A stretch of 54,186 nt of DNA, filler included, from Sphacelaria rigidula (GCA_964200075.2; 4 parts of 4 records of this genome joined end to end with filler, not necessarily neighbours in it); one strand, 5' to 3'; counted from the first letter of the whole stretch, positions 37,811-50,064 are shown. Notes: generated by a model not told the origin, from the sequence alone. Translations and numbers: made by a program.

Positions 37811-38469
37811 TGTGGCCGTGAGTGTCGATCTTGCTGTCGGTGCGGGGCGACGCATCCGGCAACGTGCCAGGGGTGGAAGAACCTTCCGCGGGGGCGGGGG
37901 AAGGCTCATCGCCCGAGTCGATTTCCGACTCGACCTCGCCCAGGGGCGACATATTCCCATCTTCCTCGGAAGGAACGACGGACACGGGGGACCAGTCGGA
38001 GTCGGAGCCAACCTCTGGGGCACATGTGTCCGTAGGCGGTGTAGTTCCAGTGCGGGACGAGGCAACGTCGTCTCCGCCAGCGGCAACACGTATCGCAGAC
38101 GTGGTGCTGGTCTTCGTGTATGTCACGGGACTGTGCGACTCGATACGGGACCGAGGGTGTAGCATGATCAGGCCGTGCTGGTCGTCATGTAATTTAGGTG
38201 CGTGTGCCACACGACGAGTGTTCATGCATCGCAGTACAGCATAACAATACGGAAGGTTGTTGTGTGTTGCGATCGGATCTGAATAAATGATCTAGTGTGG
38301 CGAAGAAAAATGTTGAGTGCCAGCTGGTGCAATATCAGCCGTACACGCGACAGGTTCGGCCGCCTGGCATGAGGCGCAGAAAATCAAAGCCTGGGGGGCC
38401 GACGTGAGACAATGAAACCTGCTACAAGTCAGGGCGGCATTACTTCGGGCTGAAGAAGCGAGAAACACT

Positions 38470-40435
38470 CTTGGGCATGGATCCGAACGTGTGAAGTAAC
38501 CTCAATCTCGACTTTCCTCACTGGCTGTTATTGTGTGGTCGCGTGGTCGTGACGGTCGGACCAGCAGGGCTTGGTGACATCATATGTACCTTAGTAGGGT
38601 TTTGTTTTATTTGTCGTCAGGCAGTCTTGTTTTTTATTCCTTTGCGACAAGAATATTGATCATGGTCTTCGTTGTCGCCGTCTCCCTGTTTTTCAATCAC
38701 CTCTTTCATTTCCTTTATCCCCTTGAGTTTTTTTTTGCGTTCCTCAAATTTGATTCATTTTCCTTTCCATTTTTTTTCTTCTTTCCCTTCGTCTGGTGCC
38801 TTTCTTGGTTGCTCGCGTTGTTGTTGTTGTTGTTGTTCGTTGTTGTTCGTTGTTTTCGCAGGTGCTCACCGCCCTGTACCAAAAGTCCGTTTGGGCTGCC
38901 TTGGGTATAGAGCGATGCAGAGAAGGCGAAGGTGCGCGGCGGCTTGTACTGTTTGTCCTGTGTGCCCTTTATTCAGCCTCTTGTGTTTTGTTCCTTGTTT
39001 GTCGGCTCCGTGTGGTTAATGCTATAAGTTGCTCGTTTGGCGCCACACATCGAATCGTATTTTTTATTTTGAAGGTCCGTTCGCCGTTGTTTGTTGTGGC
39101 TGATGTACTGTCCAGATGCCGGACGTCAACATAGAGATTAACAAGTCTATGTACACTGTTTTCTCCTTCCTCGTGTTTTTATGTCTACAGTACCCCACGT
39201 TCGGTGTGGGAAATTAGGTAATTTCTTCGTAACTGCTGATTTTTTGTTTTTTTCGCTTGCCACCGCTCATAACATTGGGGATCAGAAGACACTAGTATTC
39301 GCTCCACATTTCAAGAAAAAAAACATGTGTACCCGGTATTGAGTGACTTACGGGGTTGTCGGTCGTCGAGGGTCCTGCTATTTTTCAGCCCAGATTCTGA
39401 CTCTTCGGTATTTTCGGTCGATCGAGCCTGTCCCGATCGTATTTGTGAAGAAATGAAAAGACATGTTTTTTCAACTCCTACATACTCATTGCACTAGAGC
39501 TGAATAGCTGTGTTTCACGGCCAATAACACCCTGCTGATAAATGGGGTATCTACTCGTATCATCCGATAACATCGACCAACAAACACTAACTTGGGCACT
39601 GGGGGGGAAGACGATCTGTTTATTTTACCAAAATCCATCGACGCTAGCAAATTCGAGTTCTATCGAAGAGTATACGCGAGAAAAATCCCATCTTCGGCCG
39701 TGCTCATTTCGAATCTGGGGGAATAAAACGCTTCTGCACAGAAAAAGATTTCCTCCTTTTTTTCATTATCTGAGGATTTGATTGAAGCTTGTGGCCAAGC
39801 GATATTCACTTTTTTTGTTTCGTCCCAGTACCGTCTCGGTATCGTGGTTTGGATCATGACTAACACTCCCGCACCGCGTCAACGCTCGTCGAATGTGTAT
39901 CACACCCTAGACAAACAGTTGTATTGTGAGAAGTGTACTGTGCACAGTATGGGCTATTGAATCTATCGCAGTAGATAATAGATTCTATACTATATGCAGT
40001 ACACCTTTTGACAATGTCATCTATTGTACAGGGTGTCATGCATGTATATGTATATGTGTGTGTTGTCATCCCATTTATTCTGAACACCGACTGATCTGCA
40101 CCTTCCGGAATATGTGGACGCATCAGCCGGGGTCACGCAGGAAGAAGGCCAACACAGAAGTTCTCCCCCCGTTTTCTTGTTTTGGTACGCCACCTTCCCT
40201 CTGAGGTGGTTGTCTTATATTTTTCCGCCACAAGCGGGGCCCAGCGGTTCCTTTCCCTCCTCGACCGTGAGATCGAATTTTGTGTACCCACGACTTAGTC
40301 GCTCTCCACAGTTGGGCATGGTGTGGGAAAAAATTCCGAGATCGTGTGACGTCACCGAGATTCGAACCCACGACCCAACCGTCAGAAGGTTTCGGAGGTT
40401 TGGAGGTTACCAACTGAGCCACCGGGCGACCGGCT
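38470..40435. repeat. Composite ~2-kb block, direct copy of 33320-35637
   Basis: See 33320-35637. Confidence 0.75.
40050..40435 (-). mobile_element. tRNA-derived SINE, near full length
   Basis: On -: AGCCGGTCGCCCGGTGGCTCAGTTGG (A box) ... GGGTTCGAATCTC (B box), shared body, and a (CA/TA)n tail. Confidence 0.85.
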
Positions 40436-40543
40436 ATATAAGGTATATGTGTATTTTTAGTGGTGGGTGTATAGAGTATTTTGCTACCGAGGTCCTCATG
40501 GTTATGACGACAGAAATAATTTACTGTACTGTATTGTTGTTGA

Positions 40544-40615
40544 AGCCGGTCGCCCCGTTGGCTCAGTTGGTAACCTCGAAACCTTCTGACGGTTGGGTCG
40601 TGGGTTCGAATCTCG
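40544..40615 (+). mobile_element. SINE tRNA-like head, truncated by the gap
   Basis: AGCCGGTCGCCCCGTTGGCTCAGTTGGTAACCTCGAAACCTTCTGACGGTTGGGTCGTGGGTTCGAATCTCG. Confidence 0.85.
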
Positions 40616-40715
40616 NNNNNNNNNNNNNNNNNNNNNNNNNNNNNNNNNNNNNNNNNNNNTTAATTAATTAANNNNNNNNNNNNNNNNNNNNNNNNNNNNN
40701 NNNNNNNNNNNNNNN
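40616..40715. other. Assembly gap with TTAATTAATTAA linker
   Basis: 100-bp N block with linker. Confidence 0.97.
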
Positions 40716-41780
40716 CTGCGAAATACTATTCCAAATTTCAACCGATCCGGTTCTTAGAAGGCGAATGCGCCGGGCAATATTTAGAGTTGGACCCTGAAAT
40801 TTGGTACGGACAATGCATGAAGCATAATAAAAAATCGGGAAAAAGCACATGAAGTTTTTTTTTTCGTGAGTTAAGGACAATAATCAGTTTTCAGGTTTCA
40901 GCAAAACGCCTTTAACTCACGAAAAACAAACAAAAACCTTCATGTGCCTCTTCCCGATTTTTTATTATGCCCTGCGCATTATCCATACCGAATTTCCGGG
41001 TCTAACTCCAAATATTGGCCGGCGCATCCGCCTGCAACCTTTCATGCAGCCTCTAGGCTGGCCCAGCTCGTAGGTGCCTGAAACTTCCAGATCCGCCCCC
41101 ACGAACGCTGCCCCAGCTGGTGCTAAAGATGCACAGGGCAAACTCATCCCAACTTTCTGAGCTCTAATTTTGGAATTGTGATTTCAAACCCAACATGGAG
41201 GATCACCCAGGTATGATATAAAAATAAAAAATGGGCCTTCATTTATTTTTATTTTTTATGAGAGGTTCGGGCGTTCTCGTGAAAAAATGGTCGTTACCAT
41301 ACTAAAACGCCCTGAATCAGTGGAAAATAAAAATAAAAACCAACCTCACCCATTTTTCTTGGTTCATCATGACCTAGCGAGGTTCCGCACAAAGTTTCAA
41401 CCCATATGCACCAAACGTGGGCCTATTAACGGCCTGCAAAATACTGCTCCGAATTTACGCCGGCCCGGTTTTTCAAACGTAAATTCGCATTTTTTTTCTT
41501 GGACTTGGAAAGTGAAATTTGGTATGGACAATCAAGAGGGCATGAAGAAAGGCTGTCTGTGAGGTCCCATTTTTTTTTTTTTATGAGTTGAGGGCAATAA
41601 TCAGTTTTGAGGTTTTAGTAAAATGCCTTCAACTCATGAAATAAAAAAAAATGTTGGGATCTCACAGACAGCCTTTCTGCATGCCCTCTCGATTGTCCAT
41701 ACCATATTTCACTTTCCAACTCCAAGAAAAAAATTGCGAATTCGCCTGCAAAGTACAAATCCGCTGGTAGGCTGGCCCAG
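40716..41780. mobile_element. Two tandem copies of a non-coding element, each ending in a ~270-bp foldback (40759-41033; 41480-41744)
   Basis: Self-complementary arms surround a conserved loop CAATAATCAGTTTT.AGGTTT.AG.AAAA.GCC. Each copy is followed by AGGCTGGCCCAGC. Confidence 0.75.
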
Positions 41781-42739
41781 CCTGTACACGTGGTGACGGA
41801 AGTCCACAAGTCCAGGTCTAGTAAGGTTGGGCAGTGACATCAAGAGCAGAGAATCTCCGTGGAGTCTAGTTGGGAAAGTACACTAATCAACGGCACTGCA
41901 CAGTACTGATGGTTACAGCATGCATTCCGCTGTACATATTACCTGTACTCGTATATTTGCAGCTGACATTATTTGCAGGTATAGAGACCGTTCTTAACCC
42001 TTTTGCCGCTGGACCCCTCAGGTGGACCATAGACGGAAACCCGGAAAAATGTGGGGAACGGCAGCGTTGTCCACGTTGAAAACGCCACAATACGCGAGTC
42101 AAGGGGGTGTTTTTGGGAGTAAATTGGTCATATGGAAATACACAAAACCCAGAAAAGTCCATGTGGACAGGTCACCATCTAGTTGAGGAGGACATGCAGA
42201 CAACTCGGTGGCAACGCACGAATCGAGGAAAATATTTATTCTGTACGTCGAACCAGGTCCAATATAACATTCGCCCAGGTTGTCTTGCCCAGTTTCAGTG
42301 CAGCCGTAGATTCAAGTACACGTACTTGATGACATGCTGCGCAACTTGGATAGGAGGAAAGCAATAGCGGACCACGGTCACATTCCACATGTCATATCCC
42401 ATGACATCATGTCAACCAGCAGCGCAGCGCCCAATAACATCATGATCACCCGCTAGAGCAACAAAATCGTATCTATACGCAGTCTAGGTTATGCTGTGTG
42501 CAGTACTGGGGCTGAGCGTGCCCCAAACGACATCGAACAAGCAGCAGCAGTGCTGCTTTTCGGGGGTTCTAACTTTCCAAATTTGGTAATAAAAGCCAAC
42601 AACGCTCCGGACAAGAAGTCGTGCATGTTTCTGAAAAGAAAGGAAAAATATGGAAAACGGGCAAAAATGGAGGGGGGGAACCCTTCTCATAGTTTTACCG
42701 TTTTAGCGCCCGCGACCTGCTGCGAGACCTGACAATCCC

Positions 42740-44092
42740 ATGGAGGATAGCGATATTGTAGACGAGGAAGACCAAGCAGGACTTCCGGGTGCTCAAACAA
42801 CTTTCGCGTTTTTACTGTTGGACAAAGAGCGTTGCAGCAGCCCAACATGGTTGAAAAGGCGGGTTGGGGTTTTGTAGGCCGTGTCGGCCTCAGCATCAGC
42901 AGCAAACATCCGTGGCCGGCAGCACGGGTTTGTAGATTAGGCAAGCTCACCACTGAGGTTCCAAGCGGGTTTCTTGTGTAGTTGTCGACGTGTTTGTTTT
43001 CATTCTGCTCAATCGCCTGTTTCGGAGTGCGAGCTAACCAAATTTACTCGAAGTTCGAGCCTGATTCAAACACCACCCGACCACACCCGGACAACCCACC
43101 TGCAGCACGTACACGCCGCACCAACGGCGGCACGCTCTTCAGCTGTTCAGCAACAAGAGCACAGAGTTCGGTTATGTGTGTGTGTATTCACCACGTGCGT
43201 GCACTTTTGCTGCAGTTGTTGACGCGATCACTGCTACTGTGCTATACGGTTTGAAAACTGTTGAGATGGCAGTGCCGCTAGCTGGCCCCGACTGATATTC
43301 ACGACTAACTTCACACTGTGTACTACAAACGGTTGGAGATCAGTTGTTCGTGCGCTGACCACACGAATGTACCACTGTAGTTGCAGTTGGCGCAATCACG
43401 GCTACTTTTGTTTGTTGTCATCCCATCTGTTCTGGATGCCAGTCTACACCTTTCGATATATGTGGGCGCACCAGCCGGGGTCACACAGGGGGAAGGCCAA
43501 CACAGATTTTTTTTTTCATTTTTTTTTTTAATTCGTTCTAGTTCTCCACCTTCCTTCTGTGGTGTTTGCCCCATTTTTTTAATTGTTGTACTTTTGATGA
43601 TTGTGATATGGCAGTACGGGTGGCCCCGCCGTTCGCTTTTTGTATTTCCTCGAGGGAAGGAGGAAACCTCATCTAACACTTACCCTACGGACGGGTTCGG
43701 ATGCCGATCATCTGGAGGCTCGGCTAGACCTCCTCGTGACAGTCATGTGGAGTAGTCTCCTCGAGCGCTCGGAAAACCTTGCTCAAGGCAGTGGGGGGGT
43801 TGAACCCACTGAAACCCCCTACCAACTTGACGCAGTGCACACGCCGCCGTACTCTGATGAGCTTCGCCTTATGCACGAGCATAGCTGACCACAGACTCTA
43901 CTGTGACGCGCGCAGGTGGCAGGCAACGGCCTCTCTCTGTAGGCGTTGTTTCTCCACCGAACACAGATATCCCGAACCCCCGGCTAGAGAAAGGAAAGGA
44001 AAAAGCGGCGCACGGGATCATGGGTGCGAAGCGGGTTAAGAAGGGCTCTAAGCCAAATCAATACGTTCCGCAGATACGGCACGGTACAGTCG
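42740..44092 (+). CDS. TAF11: Candidate 5' exons of TAF11 (ATG 42740: MEDSDIVDEEDQAGLP...; a basic exon near 43967-44092)
   Basis: An acidic ATG-initiated segment and a Lys/Arg-rich exon-like segment lie upstream of the core exons. Splice boundaries and frame are unresolved. Confidence 0.4.
43410..43575 (-). mobile_element. 3' portion of the SINE
   Basis: TGTCATCCC...CTGGATGCC...ATGTGGGCGCACCAGCCGGGGTCACACAGG.GGAAGGCCAACACAG shared with the other copies. Confidence 0.75.
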
Positions 44093-44210
44093 GTATGTGT
44101 ATCTCCCAGGTGTTGCCCTTCCTGGCACCGGATCTCTATAATATTTTCCCGGGCTTGGTCTTGCTTACGTTTGCGGTCGGTTGCTGTGGCGTTGCTTCCG
44201 GTTCGCTCAG

Positions 44211-47162
44211 GAGAGGGTCGACGGCCATGATGCGGGAGTGGTGCCGGTAGATCAGTTGACACCGGAGCAGTTGAAGCGGTATCAGGCTTGGAAACGGAGC
44301 CGGTTCGAGCGGGGCGCCGTGCGCGAGGTGATAATCGGAGGTCGGGTTTGCGAATCAATAAAAAAAAGTTGTACCGTATGCACGGCACAGAATGGTCGTT
44401 TTAGCTTGCTGGTTCAACAATCGGATTATCAGGGCGTGTCTTACCACTTTTTTTTTCCCGATTGAAGTACTGGGTCGGCGGAATCGATTTGAGCGAAATT
44501 TTCTCGTTTTGATGCAGTTGGGTCCAGATGGATTTTCAAGCTTTCGATTGAAAAAAGACAGTGAAAATCGTGAAACGGTACATGGTCACTCGTGTGCAGT
44601 ACAGACAGTATTGTCTGCACTGCTTGCAAGCAGTGTCTTGAGTGCGTGTGTGTGTGTTTCGTACAGGAGGAAGAAAAGAGAAGCGGGCAACGTGCAGTGC
44701 AGACAGCCCAGGACTATCAGCTCTCTCTGCTTACGATTCGACGTGAAAATGACTCCAGCAACGTGCAGCTTTGTACTGCCCCTGCACTGTCCATGAGCGT
44801 GCACGCAACTCGGTTGCCCACCGTACGACGCAGTTCCGTCGCTGATCCCTACCATGAGAGAAGATGCGCAAGTTTTCGCCAACAAGAAATGAACAAAGCA
44901 CACCCGACTACTGCAGTGCATCCATCCCTGGTCTCAACTCGTGCTCTGTGCTGCAGGGTTGCGGTGGTGGCTGAGAATGAGTTGGATGGAGTTTGCACAG
45001 TCCTGTGAACAGGTGTTATCTAGCGTGGTGGTCTGTAAGATGGGAGTCAAGTGCCGCTTCGTGCCTTTCGACCGCATGTTTCCGATCGAAAACGATTGTT
45101 TTTTACGTTGACCTATTCTTCTCCGCGCGCCGCTACTTATAAATTTGAAGCCTTCTGGGAATATAAATGCGGTGGGTCCATCAGATTGGCAAAAAAAATC
45201 GACCGCACTTTTTCGATCGAAAAAAAAGAAGTGCCAAGACACGCCGTCAGGCGCAACCGGAAGGGGGCGTACTCATTTGTTGCTTGCCTCAGTCGTTTGG
45301 CCATTGACCACGCATCCCTTTCGAGACGGAGCAACCGGAAGAGGGGGCATCAATCCGTTCATAATTAATAGAATGACCATTTGCGTATATATGAGGAGCG
45401 CAGCCAGTCGCCGGAGTCGAGAAGCAAGCAAACAAGCGTTGTCTTTTGTTTTATCTGTACTTGTACATTCTCATGGATTTGACGCTTAGCAGGGTGGCAG
45501 CGCATTGGCTCTGGTAGTTGATGTGGGCAGAGAGAACTAGGTCAATCGCCGGCAGTACTAGATGTGCCCAGTTTCTTTGAAGACGAAAGGCATGTGGCGC
45601 AGGAGAGGAAATGTGTCAGTTGGGAACATTTCCACTTCCTATTTTTTATTATTGATACGCCTTTCGCCTGCGTTTTGACGGTTTGATTTGATTGATCGAG
45701 TAATTGTCGCATATTTAGTGATCCTCGAGGGAGTCAGCCTCAGTCATTATTCACAAGATACACGTACCCAAGATTTTCAAACCGGAAACTCTCGCTAGAG
45801 GAAACTCGAGAAAGGGAGAAGGCAATGGAAATAAATGAATAAAAGAGAAGATGAAGGGCAAACGTGAACTGAGCGAAAACGGCAGACAAATCAAACAAAA
45901 ACGATCATGGAAAGGGACGGGGAAAGGAAAGCAGAATAAGAACACGAATCGCCAGTCCCGATGAGAACAAGAACAACAATGACGAACAAGAAGAAAAGAA
46001 ATGAGAAACATATAAACAAAAAAATAGAAATGGCCAACGCGTGCAGCATGGCTTCAGATAACAAGGGTGCTAGAAGAAGGAAAAATGTAATCGTAGCTGT
46101 TTGTGGGCCACGGATCTACATAAGTAATCTAGATTCACACGAGGGGCAAAATATTGGAGGTGGAAATAAAGTTATTTCATGTTGGTATTCTGTATATGCT
46201 TTCGTTGAATCGACGACATTTGCATTTGGTGGCATTTCGGTCACCCACAATCATCCATCCACAGGTTCTCATAAGTGTTGACGCATGGTAAAGTTACGAT
46301 TAACGGCTCCCTGTCTTTCACGTTCAATCCGCTTTTCCGGGGTGCGTGACTTCACGAAAAAATATTATGCAGTAGTACCCCCCGCGGATATGGCACACGC
46401 TGGGCCGTTCCTCCGGCACGCGAAATCGTAGCAGTCTGGGGGCAACGTACAACACAGAGTACAGCGACCGGGTACTGCTATCTGTGTGTACCCTTTGTGT
46501 GGAATTTCACGTTCACCCCGTGTTTCTCCTGATCCATTCCTGTGTCGCTCGTCGTGCACGTGTTTGTTTCATCGGCAGCTGGTCACTGACCGTGCGGCGC
46601 CCACGTTGCTTCGAACACTCGAAAGGAAGCAGGGTAACGGAACGATCAAGGAAGTCACAGCCATCGCCGTCGGGGCTGTCGCCAAGATGTATGTCGGGGA
46701 TGTCATAGAAGAAGGTGAGGTGCTCCAAGTGTTGTTGACAAGCTACTGCCCTCCATCTATGAATTCTCGACCACCATTGTCTGAATCACGATGTCACGTC
46801 TTCTTGACCACGGCAAAGCGAATGGGATCCTTGATACTCTCGTGCGGGAGAAATGGGATGAAAATATACGAATACGCAATGTTCTGGGGTCGGTTGGCCC
46901 ACCGCCCGCTATGCCGTTTTTTTGTTCCTTGCTCCTTCTCGCTGAATTTTCAGCCAAGCGCGCGCAGTTACAAAAAGGAGAGCAAGGGCCGCTGCGTCCA
47001 CAAGACTTGTTAGAGGCAAGGGATCGACTAGCGCGGGACGGGAGAGGGCCGCCGCTCAGTACTGGCTCCTTGGAGCCGGCGCGAGAGCGAGGAATGACAG
47101 CGGGCGGATTCCGTTCATCTTTAGGGGGTGGGGGGCGGTTGATCAAGGGAGATGCGATATAG
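44211..47162 (+). CDS. TAF11: TFIID subunit TAF11 (TAFII28-like histone fold); exons 44211-44327, 46579-46714, 46954-47162
   Basis: Spliced in phase (0-0, 0-1, 1-stop): QLTPEQLKRYQAWKRSRFERGAVRE/LVT...TAIAVGAVAKMYVGDVIEE/AKRAQLQKGEQGPLRPQDLLEARDRL. This matches TAF11 EQl.RYE..RRS.F, G..K.FVGE.VE.A and PL.P.H.REA..RL. All GT-AG with pyrimidine tracts. Confidence 0.9.
44430..45110 (+). mobile_element. ~700-bp dispersed repeat copy inside a TAF11 intron
   Basis: Collinear with 31200-31890. Confidence 0.8.
45264..45330 (+). mobile_element. ~67-bp mini-element flanked by the direct repeat GCAACCGGAAG
   Basis: The direct repeat is at 45253-45263 and 45331-45341. The core is nearly identical to the other three copies. 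Confidence 0.8.
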
Positions 47163-48944
47163 TTCCTGTCGTAGATCCTCTGTCGAAAATATGCGACGGA
47201 AATTGGAAATGTTCTCCTGCGGGGGCTGATGTAAACATGTATCAAGGATTATTCGAGGATCTGTGCTCAAGATACCGGAAGCTATTACTCTTGACGTTAG
47301 CAGTATTTACATTATTTTGTATTGTGTCTGTGTGAATTTTTATGGGTCCTATTTTTTAAATTCATTTCTTTACACCTTATTTTGGGTAGTTAGCTTGTAA
47401 CCACGGGAGACGTCCACATCACATGCCCAGCACGGAGATAGGAAGTTTTGCGCAGATATCGGAAATGTGCAGGCTAGAACAACAACTGGACATGTATTCT
47501 GCATTTGGGTTGGATATTCGTCGGTCACAGCGTCAACCGCTCGTTCGCTTTTTGTCAACACCATGCCAGCGATCTACAGGCTCCCGCCTGATTGTGCTGG
47601 AAGATATACAGGGCAATGTTTTGCAAAACCAAACAGCTGATGGTTCCAATATATGACGCTCCGAGACTAGCTTGCGGTCCTGGGTGGTCCAATGTTCACC
47701 ACTGGCCCGTTGCTTATGCGTTGCCTCTTTTTCAACGCAGTCTAGTTGTGAATTCGGAAGGAACGGTGCTCGCATTGCAGAAAAGCGACCAGTCTGTGTC
47801 AGCCCACCTCAAGGCCATAGCTCAGGGGTGGCGCCAGCTTGCCCTTTCCCTCTGCGGGATGATGTTCGTGCTATTACCTGCCCTGAGCCTCGGCCTTGAG
47901 TTTCACATTCGAGAGCGCACTTGGGGTGCAAGTCTCTCGATTAGTTCACGTGTTGGTAGTACGAACATAATGCATGTACATATTTTCGTGATCATGCCCG
48001 AGCCTACTGTAGGGCTGCGCACGGCAGCGTACACCTTTTGTAGGTGTTGCCTGTTTTTGAAGACCTCATCACTGCTGTGGGATGACCCCTTGGCTACAAC
48101 ATGCGCTGCGTGCTATATGCATATTTGAATGCCGTCCATTTTTAGTGCCTGCACACCCTGGACAATGACAACATATTACATTGTCAAAAAGTGTGGTGCG
48201 TACAGAATCGATTACAGTATTGCATCTATTGTATAGATTTCATACTGTACGTAATACATTTTTTCGTCAATGCAACATATTTTCCAGGATGTGAGTGCCT
48301 GACGCTTTTTGTGTATTCTTGAGCGGGGGAAGGAACGTGCGATATGGGTCAGCTACGATTTTGCAAGCGTTTCGGAAACTGTCTCGAAATGAACAGCTGC
48401 CTATCCGTTGTGCTGATTTAGAGCTAGACGTGAAAGCTCGAGCGGCTTTTCGAACCATCAAACGAAGAGTTCCTTTGAGGCCCTAGGCCGAAAAGGGTTC
48501 TACTGAACCGAAATTCAAAAAGTGTCCTATCCCATCCTATCCCATCCTATCTTATCCGTCCGCTCTCACAACGAAGGCCAGAACTACGCATTTTTTTTCT
48601 CGAATGGATCCGAAGCCGCGCTGCGCGAAAAAACCACCTCATCGCTCTTCTAACATCAATCGAGATGCCGTCAAGTTTCAGCTCAATTGGTGCTCATGGC
48701 GTTGTGTTTCGCTCCTGTCTGTGAGCGGTCTCAAGAACAGCCCAGCTCGACCCCTTTTGACCAGCGCTGGTCTTGATTCAACGTCTCAGACTTGACTGTC
48801 GCAACTTCAAACGAGGCACTATTAGAGGTCGGAGGCATCACACGCAGCAACCGGCTCTCCGAATCACTTAAAACCCCCTCAAGAAGGTTCAGCTTCGTTG
48901 CTGCTTTCTTTTTTGTCTTCGCTTGTGCATGCCGACGCCGTCCG

Positions 48945-49969
48945 TGGCTGAGATGGGAGAGGGTGTTAAAGTATGTGATCTGATTGACTCGAACTACTCC
49001 CCGTGTGTCGACTGTCGACAAAAAATGGTGAGCGTACGGGCACTTCTGGTCGCAACGTCCGCGGGCGGTGGAGACGTATTTCGGCATCCACGGTGACAAA
49101 TGGAGACTGTACAGGTGCGACCTTGCACTGCTGAACTGTCTGTGCTTGCAGAGCTGCGCTTCGCACGGTGTTTGACATGCGGATGAGAAGTGTTGATGCC
49201 GTATCCTGGTGCGCCTTTATTTGTTATCGCTAGAGGTGTTCAGCAGTCCCTTTCCCTCGTCGACCGTAGAGTCGAATTTTGTGTACCCATGACATAGTCG
49301 CTCTCCACTGTAGTATGGACTTGTATCTCCTAGAGAAAAGAGGCGTCTCTGTATCCCCACTCACCACGCCAAAACGTTCATATGTGGGCGTATCAGCCGG
49401 GGTCACACAAGTGGAAGGTCAACACAGGAGTTCTCCTTTTTTTGTTTGTTTTTTGTACTTCACCTTCCTTCTGCGGCGCTTGCCTTTATTTTTTATCGCG
49501 AAAGGAGTTCAGCAGCCCCTTTCTCTCGTCGACCGTAGAGCCGAATTTTGTGTACCCACGACATGGTCGCTCTCCACTGTAGTATGGGCTTGTATCTCCT
49601 CGAGAAAAGAGGCGTCCATATGTCCCCACTCACCACGCCAAAACGTTCCATATCTATATGTGGTTCAACTGGCCAGGTTACCACCCCTTCCCGCCGCCAC
49701 CCGTCGGCTGAGATGGGAGAGGGTGTTAAAGTATGTGATCTGATTGATTCGAACTACTCTCCGTGTGTTGACTGTCGACAAACGGTGAACGTACGGGCGC
49801 TTCTGGTCGCAACGTCCGCGGGCAGTGGACCCGTATCTCGGCTTCCACGGTGACAAATGGAGACTGTACAGGTACGACCTTGCACTGCTGAACTGTCTGT
49901 GCTTGCAGAGCTGCGCTTCGCACGGGGTTTGACAAGCGGATGAGAAGTGTTGACCCGTATCCTGGTGCG
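48945..49969. repeat. Local direct duplications (~265 bp at 48945-49213 and 49705-49969; ~145 bp at 49235-49380 and 49505-49650) interleaved with SINE fragments
   Basis: GGCTGAGATGGGAGAGGGTGTTAAAGTATGTGATCTGATTGA...CCGTATCCTGGTGCG occurs twice. Confidence 0.85.
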
Positions 49970-50064
49970 ATGGTAATTTTATGCTCCACTGCAGTCTGTG
50001 TATGTTGTCGTCCCATCTATCCTGGGGGTTGGTCTCAAGGCACATATGTTCGAACTTCGTGTAG

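Larger units (their letters stand above)
37000..38225 (-). pseudogene. Intronless unknown gene with an acidic Ser/Pro-rich N-terminus and two tandem ~114-aa CxxC-containing domains, disrupted by an internal inversion (37323-37658)
   Basis: Domain halves YSRKVP.FGA..P.G..KS.S.WA..SQA.R..RPRGTLFN..MDV and DY.T.VGIKEA.ILQHCPGCTWDLDVEGSSIAADLA.ELGKSDI..E.VSILETD each occur twice on opposite strands, with many synonymous or conservative differences. Confidence 0.75.

Noticed and set aside
37164-38225. 353-aa ORF taken at face value
   Set aside because: Its C-terminal half reads the antisense of the inverted segment, where arm differences are mostly non-synonymous, so it is a chimeric product of the inversion.
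40544-40615. Possible tRNA gene
   Set aside because: A/B boxes are present but there is no proper cloverleaf, and other copies continue into a shared SINE body.
43680-43870. CTGATGA plus GAAA motifs suggesting a hammerhead ribozyme or C/D snoRNA
   Set aside because: I could not build stem II/III or a terminal C/D stem with correct order and pairing.
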